Shown: positions 60,066 through 64,000 of the stretch, piece by piece
How the letters are laid out: the number at the start of each line of letters is the position of its first letter
Numbering within the stretch: position 1 is the first letter of the stretch
Source: an uncultured Actinomycetes bacterium
GTDB taxonomy: Bacteria > SZUA-79 > Acidulodesulfobacterales > Acidulodesulfobacteraceae
Assembly: GCA_964631685.1 (NCBI GenBank)
Contig: CAZVZU010000001.1
Coordinates: forward strand, 160,001-224,000
Length of the DNA stretch: 64,000 bases
Reading direction: 5' to 3'
Translations under genes and position numbers: made by a program
Notes under the pieces: model-generated
What the model was told of the DNA's origin: nothing
Databases searched by the model: none
What the model saw: only the letters and a program-made list of their open reading frames with translations

Positions 60066-60154
60066 ATTGTAACCAAAATGTAATATAAAATTAATACATT
60101 TTTAATAATTGCTTCATAATATTGAAATAATAAGGTGGTATAACTGTTTTTAAT
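60066..60154 (+). repeat. Duplicated promoter/regulatory block, copy 2 (upstream of the virB4-like gene)
   Basis: ATTGTAACCAAAATGTAATATAAAATTAATACATTTTTAATAATTGCTTCATAATATTGAAATAATAAGGTGGTATAACTGTTTTTAAT, about 88% identical to 57925-58013. Confidence 0.9.
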
Positions 60155-60189
60155 GACAATTCAAAACAATAATATATAAATACATAAAA

Positions 60190-62772
60190 ATGTTGCTCAA
60201 ATCCGTGTTAAGAAAAGTAAAACAGAATGAATCGTTTAATAACTATATTAATCTCTTAGCTATTCATGACAATATTATTGTTGGTATCGACGGGTCGTTT
60301 ACTATCGGTTTTATGGTTGAAGGATTTGATTACATTCTTTCCAAGGATGAAGTAATCAACGATTCGGCATATGCCAACGATCTTCTGCTAAATCTTTTGG
60401 ATAAAAACATAAGTCTGCAATGGATTTATAAGATAGGTAACGGTAATGACGATTTCATAAAAAATTATCAAATCTCTTCCATTCCTCCAAAAAATTATGA
60501 ATATATCAAGGAAAATAAAATCAAAGCCCTGAGGGCAGAAAATATAAAAAATATTAAAATATATCTATTTTGTACGATAAACAGTGTAAGTTTGACAAGC
60601 TCAGACAAAGACGGGATTCTGTCAAAACTAGTAAATTTCGGTTCCGGACTACTCAGCATAAAATCTCTTGATATACACAATGCTAAATCTAAGGCTTCTG
60701 CTAAAAATGATTTCGATATAATCAAAAAACAATTAAGCAATTTAGAGAACAACCTGAGTTTTTTCTCATCAAGGCTAAATATGGGATTAAAAAGGATGAA
60801 CAATCAAGAATTAACAGATTACTATTATAAGGAATTAAATCCCGAAAGGGCTCTTTCGGTAGATTCACCTAAATGGGAAAATATATTAAACGAATTCACA
60901 TTAAGAAGCCAACTAATGTTTTCTTACGGCGAAATAAAAAGAGATTTTTTTTACACCGACGGCTATTATTACAAGTTCATAAACATGCATAGGCTACCTT
61001 ACGAGACCGACAGCTATGGAATAACATCGTTGCTAAATGCTGAAAAAAATAACGGGGGCATTTCCAATTTTTTCCCATATGATGTATCAGTGTCTTTTAA
61101 AATTCCCGATCAAGAAAAAACAATAAATAAAATTCAGACGGACAGAAATATTAAAGCAAGTTTGACCGACGGCGTAGGCGGGGGATACGTCGACTACAAA
61201 GGAACCAATATTATAAATCAACTAGATGATTTTCTTGAGTCAGTTTCGAAAATGCAAAAGAAGATTGTGAACATCTCATTATGCGTTAGGCTTAAATCCA
61301 AGATCGTAGGAGAACTAGATTCAAGGACAACAAAAATCCTAGAAACATTCAAAGGGTTTAATGGAATGGAAGGCATTGTAGATAACATGGAACATCATAA
61401 CCTATTTTTATCCTTTCTTCCGGGTCAAGCTAACTTTAATAACCGCTTTAAGACATCTATCTCATCTGCAGTTTCTTCTCTTTATCCTCTTCATAAAGGC
61501 TTTAGCGGCACTGATAGCTGCGCCATACCGTTAATAAACACGCGGGGAGAGGCTGTATGTTTAGACTTGTATAATAATACACTACCGTCAAAACATGGGA
61601 TTATATTTGGCAAAACAAGAAGTGGTAAGGGATTTATGTTGAACGGATTTTTAACTAATTTTTATATGTCTGGGGATGATTATCATATCATAGGTGTTGA
61701 TATAGGAGGCACATACGGTAAATTTTGCAAAATATTTAATGGAGATTATATAGAGTTAGATTTAGACGGAACTTATTGTTTAAATCCGTTTCCGCCAAAA
61801 CGTCATATTGTTAATATTATAAATGGCGAAGAGGTTTTTAATCCCGATATCATGATATTTTTGACAGGCATAGTAGGCTTAATGGTAGAACCGGAAAGAA
61901 CTTTATCGCCCAATGATAAAACCATTATTGCAAGAGCAATTCAATCATCATATGACAAAATAAGAGATGATGATGACATGCCGACATTTTCAGATATCAA
62001 TAATGTTTTATTCGATTACAACGAGGGAAGAGATACAGAGGACAAAAAAAGGGCAATGGAAATGGGAAAAAATCTCTTTCAGTGGACGGATATTTCTTCA
62101 CCTTACAACATGATTCTAAACAGGAAAGGCGGGATAGATATAGATAAAAAGATAGTTATATTTGACTTACAAAAATTAAAAGGACACGAAGATTTACAAA
62201 AAATCGTATTTGCGATAATTAAAAATATTTCTTTTAAGAAAATGTACGATAAGTCGGCTAAGGTTTTCTTCTTCTACGATGAATGTTGGGAATTTATGAA
62301 TGATCCCAAAATAGCTGAGCTTATAATGCATCTTTACAAAATATCTGCTAAATGGGGATCTATGGTGTGGAGTATAACACAGGAACCCGGCGATCTTTTG
62401 AAAGCGGGAAATATAGGTAAAAGCATTATAGAGAATTCAACTATTAAGATATTTTGCCAATTAGATGCCGATGTTTCTGAAAAAGACCTGAAATTTTGTG
62501 GTATCAACGAGAAAGAGGTAAAAATTATCAAGGATCTTAAAGTTGTAAAGGGGCATTATGCTGAATATTTTTTAAAATTCGGAAACGATTCGTCTGTGAT
62601 AAGAAATAAACCCAATCCCTTTGAATATTGGTTGTGCTGTAAATCTTCGGAAGATGAAGAGCTTGAAAAGCAAATTGCGGGAATGTATCCGGATAAGTCC
62701 TTAAAAGAGAGGCTTTATATACTTGCGGAAAGATATCCTAACGGCCCGTATGGAATAAAGGAGAGAAAATAA
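60190..62772 (+). CDS. virB4: VirB4/TraC family type IV secretion ATPase
   Basis: 860 aa; HGIIFGKTRSGKG Walker A, VDIGGTY, CLNPF, FFYDECW Walker B, K.G...SITQ, IIENS. Confidence 0.88.
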   Translation: MLLKSVLRKVKQNESFNNYINLLAIHDNIIVGIDGSFTIGFMVEGFDYILSKDEVINDSAYANDLLLNLLDKNISLQWIYKIGNGNDDFIKNYQISSIPPKNYEYIKENKIKALRAENIKNIKIYLFCTINSVSLTSSDKDGILSKLVNFGSGLLSIKSLDIHNAKSKASAKNDFDIIKKQLSNLENNLSFFSSRLNMGLKRMNNQELTDYYYKELNPERALSVDSPKWENILNEFTLRSQLMFSYGEIKRDFFYTDGYYYKFINMHRLPYETDSYGITSLLNAEKNNGGISNFFPYDVSVSFKIPDQEKTINKIQTDRNIKASLTDGVGGGYVDYKGTNIINQLDDFLESVSKMQKKIVNISLCVRLKSKIVGELDSRTTKILETFKGFNGMEGIVDNMEHHNLFLSFLPGQANFNNRFKTSISSAVSSLYPLHKGFSGTDSCAIPLINTRGEAVCLDLYNNTLPSKHGIIFGKTRSGKGFMLNGFLTNFYMSGDDYHIIGVDIGGTYGKFCKIFNGDYIELDLDGTYCLNPFPPKRHIVNIINGEEVFNPDIMIFLTGIVGLMVEPERTLSPNDKTIIARAIQSSYDKIRDDDDMPTFSDINNVLFDYNEGRDTEDKKRAMEMGKNLFQWTDISSPYNMILNRKGGIDIDKKIVIFDLQKLKGHEDLQKIVFAIIKNISFKKMYDKSAKVFFFYDECWEFMNDPKIAELIMHLYKISAKWGSMVWSITQEPGDLLKAGNIGKSIIENSTIKIFCQLDADVSEKDLKFCGINEKEVKIIKDLKVVKGHYAEYFLKFGNDSSVIRNKPNPFEYWLCCKSSEDEELEKQIAGMYPDKSLKERLYILAERYPNGPYGIKERK

Positions 62773-62775
62773 ATT

Positions 62776-63891
62776 ATGCAAAAACATAAAAGTAGAGGGT
62801 ACATCTTTTATTTAAAAGTCCTGCTATTTCTCATAACCATTGTGACAAGCATATGTTTGGGATCGGCTTACGGCATAGAGCTCCCATTGCCGGATATTAG
62901 CACTATTTCATCTCAAATTCAATCGGTAGAAACTGCAGCCGGAGGAGCTTTCTCTGCATTACAGAGTCTAGCGGGAACGTTAGGCTATGCCCCTGGTGCT
63001 TCGGGCGGGCCTTTTTTTAATCCTGGACCGGGATTGTCGGAGGCCATGGCTACTGCGGATAACTTAATGGCAGATGCATCAAAAATGCAGGAAGCATACC
63101 AAAATGTCATAATTAATTATGACAAATTGGATCACTTAATTAATTCGGTTAAAAATGCTACGAATAATATAAACGATTTAAACCGTAGTATAAACAAAGC
63201 ATTTAAACAAATTCCGCAGGAATTAACTGGGAGCGACGTCTCGGTATCCAAATTTCAAGATTTTATTTCAGATATTAATACCGAAAGTATGGCATTTCAA
63301 AACCTTAAGGATATTAATAATCATCCTCAAAACTTTGTTTCTGGAACTTCAGGTGCTGGCGAAGAGATGTTGAGCAAAAAAGAGCTCGAAAGAGAGTCGC
63401 AAGGCTTTAGTATGGACACTATTTACAACTCAATCGGAAATAAGGGACATATAAATCAAATTGTAAACTGCGCATCCTATGATAATGGCTACTATTTAAA
63501 TAAAAATGGAAAATATACTGCCGGATGCACAGATCTTGCAGATCGATTCACGGACGATGTAGCTACGTCCAATCTCTATAGCGCAGGTCTTTCTGCAGCG
63601 AGGGCGCATAAAGCCGAGCTTGAAGGAGATAACTTTATGAAAGAAATTACAAGCGGAGCATTGAAAAATTCTACCAATTATTACACTTATCAAAGCTCTA
63701 TTTTAACAATGATAGCTGAGATGGATGCTGTAAATCTAAAAAATTTGGGTTATATTGAAAGCCAATTAAAACAATTGGAACTATCAAGATCGGCAAATGA
63801 GATTAGAAAAGAACACATAGGAGCAATTATTCTGCCCCGTAACAATAATAATGCCTTGGACATGAATTTTTATAATAAAACTACGCTTTAA
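62776..63891 (+). CDS. Exported helical protein, VirB5/TrbJ-like
   Basis: Signal peptide (AYG|I), N/Q/S-rich coiled-coil character; starts 3 nt after the virB4 stop. Confidence 0.45.
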   Translation: MQKHKSRGYIFYLKVLLFLITIVTSICLGSAYGIELPLPDISTISSQIQSVETAAGGAFSALQSLAGTLGYAPGASGGPFFNPGPGLSEAMATADNLMADASKMQEAYQNVIINYDKLDHLINSVKNATNNINDLNRSINKAFKQIPQELTGSDVSVSKFQDFISDINTESMAFQNLKDINNHPQNFVSGTSGAGEEMLSKKELERESQGFSMDTIYNSIGNKGHINQIVNCASYDNGYYLNKNGKYTAGCTDLADRFTDDVATSNLYSAGLSAARAHKAELEGDNFMKEITSGALKNSTNYYTYQSSILTMIAEMDAVNLKNLGYIESQLKQLELSRSANEIRKEHIGAIILPRNNNNALDMNFYNKTTL

Positions 63892-63906
63892 CAGTTGAGG
63901 ACGGTA

Positions 63907-64000
63907 ATGAATATAAACATATCTGGAAATAGCTTAAAATGTGGACAAATCATGTTTATTATAATTATCGTCTGCATTAGTATCGTTTTATTTGCATCCA
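63907..64000 (+). CDS. Partial ORF (runs off the window), exported or membrane protein of the virB4 operon
   Basis: RBS GAGGA, then MNINISGNSLKCGQIMFIIIIVCISIVLFAS with a hydrophobic signal-like stretch. Confidence 0.5.
   Translation, partial: MNINISGNSLKCGQIMFIIIIVCISIVLFAS

Overview
AT-rich bacterial chromosomal segment. The gene order (tilS-ftsH-folP-cdaA-cdaR-glmM-pdxJ-acpS-nnr-CBS-tsaE-lysC-cimA) is deltaproteobacterial, and exported proteins are strongly basic. This points to an acidophile, possibly the Ca. Acidulodesulfobacterium/Sva0485 lineage (inference). Most of the window is housekeeping: otsA, aroD, pilB/pilC-like genes, an RND pump, the ftsH superoperon, fba, rng, purC, ugd, manC, mscS, tatA, rfaE2, and tRNA-fMet, tRNA-Sec and tRNA-Ser. 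Notable parts: (1) an ArsR-lbpA-lbpA-lipS1-sLpl(AB)-lipS2-osmC lipoate assembly cluster of the sulfur-oxidation type with no shdr genes beside it, plus an orphan lpdA; (2) a cobamide cluster cobU-cobT-cobS-cbiA with a ThiC paralogue that looks like BzaF; (3) at the right end, a type IV secretion-like virB2-virB3 / virB4-virB5 locus split by an inverted cbiB gene, with both halves preceded by the same ~89-bp promoter built from six heptamers at 11-bp spacing (Pho-box/OmpR-family geometry). That suggests a host-regulated, domesticated T4SS. Also seen: a non-canonical tRNA-Sec, a candidate ~55-nt sRNA, and a Fur-like box upstream of an outer-membrane barrel gene. All calls come from reading motifs by eye; no searches were run.
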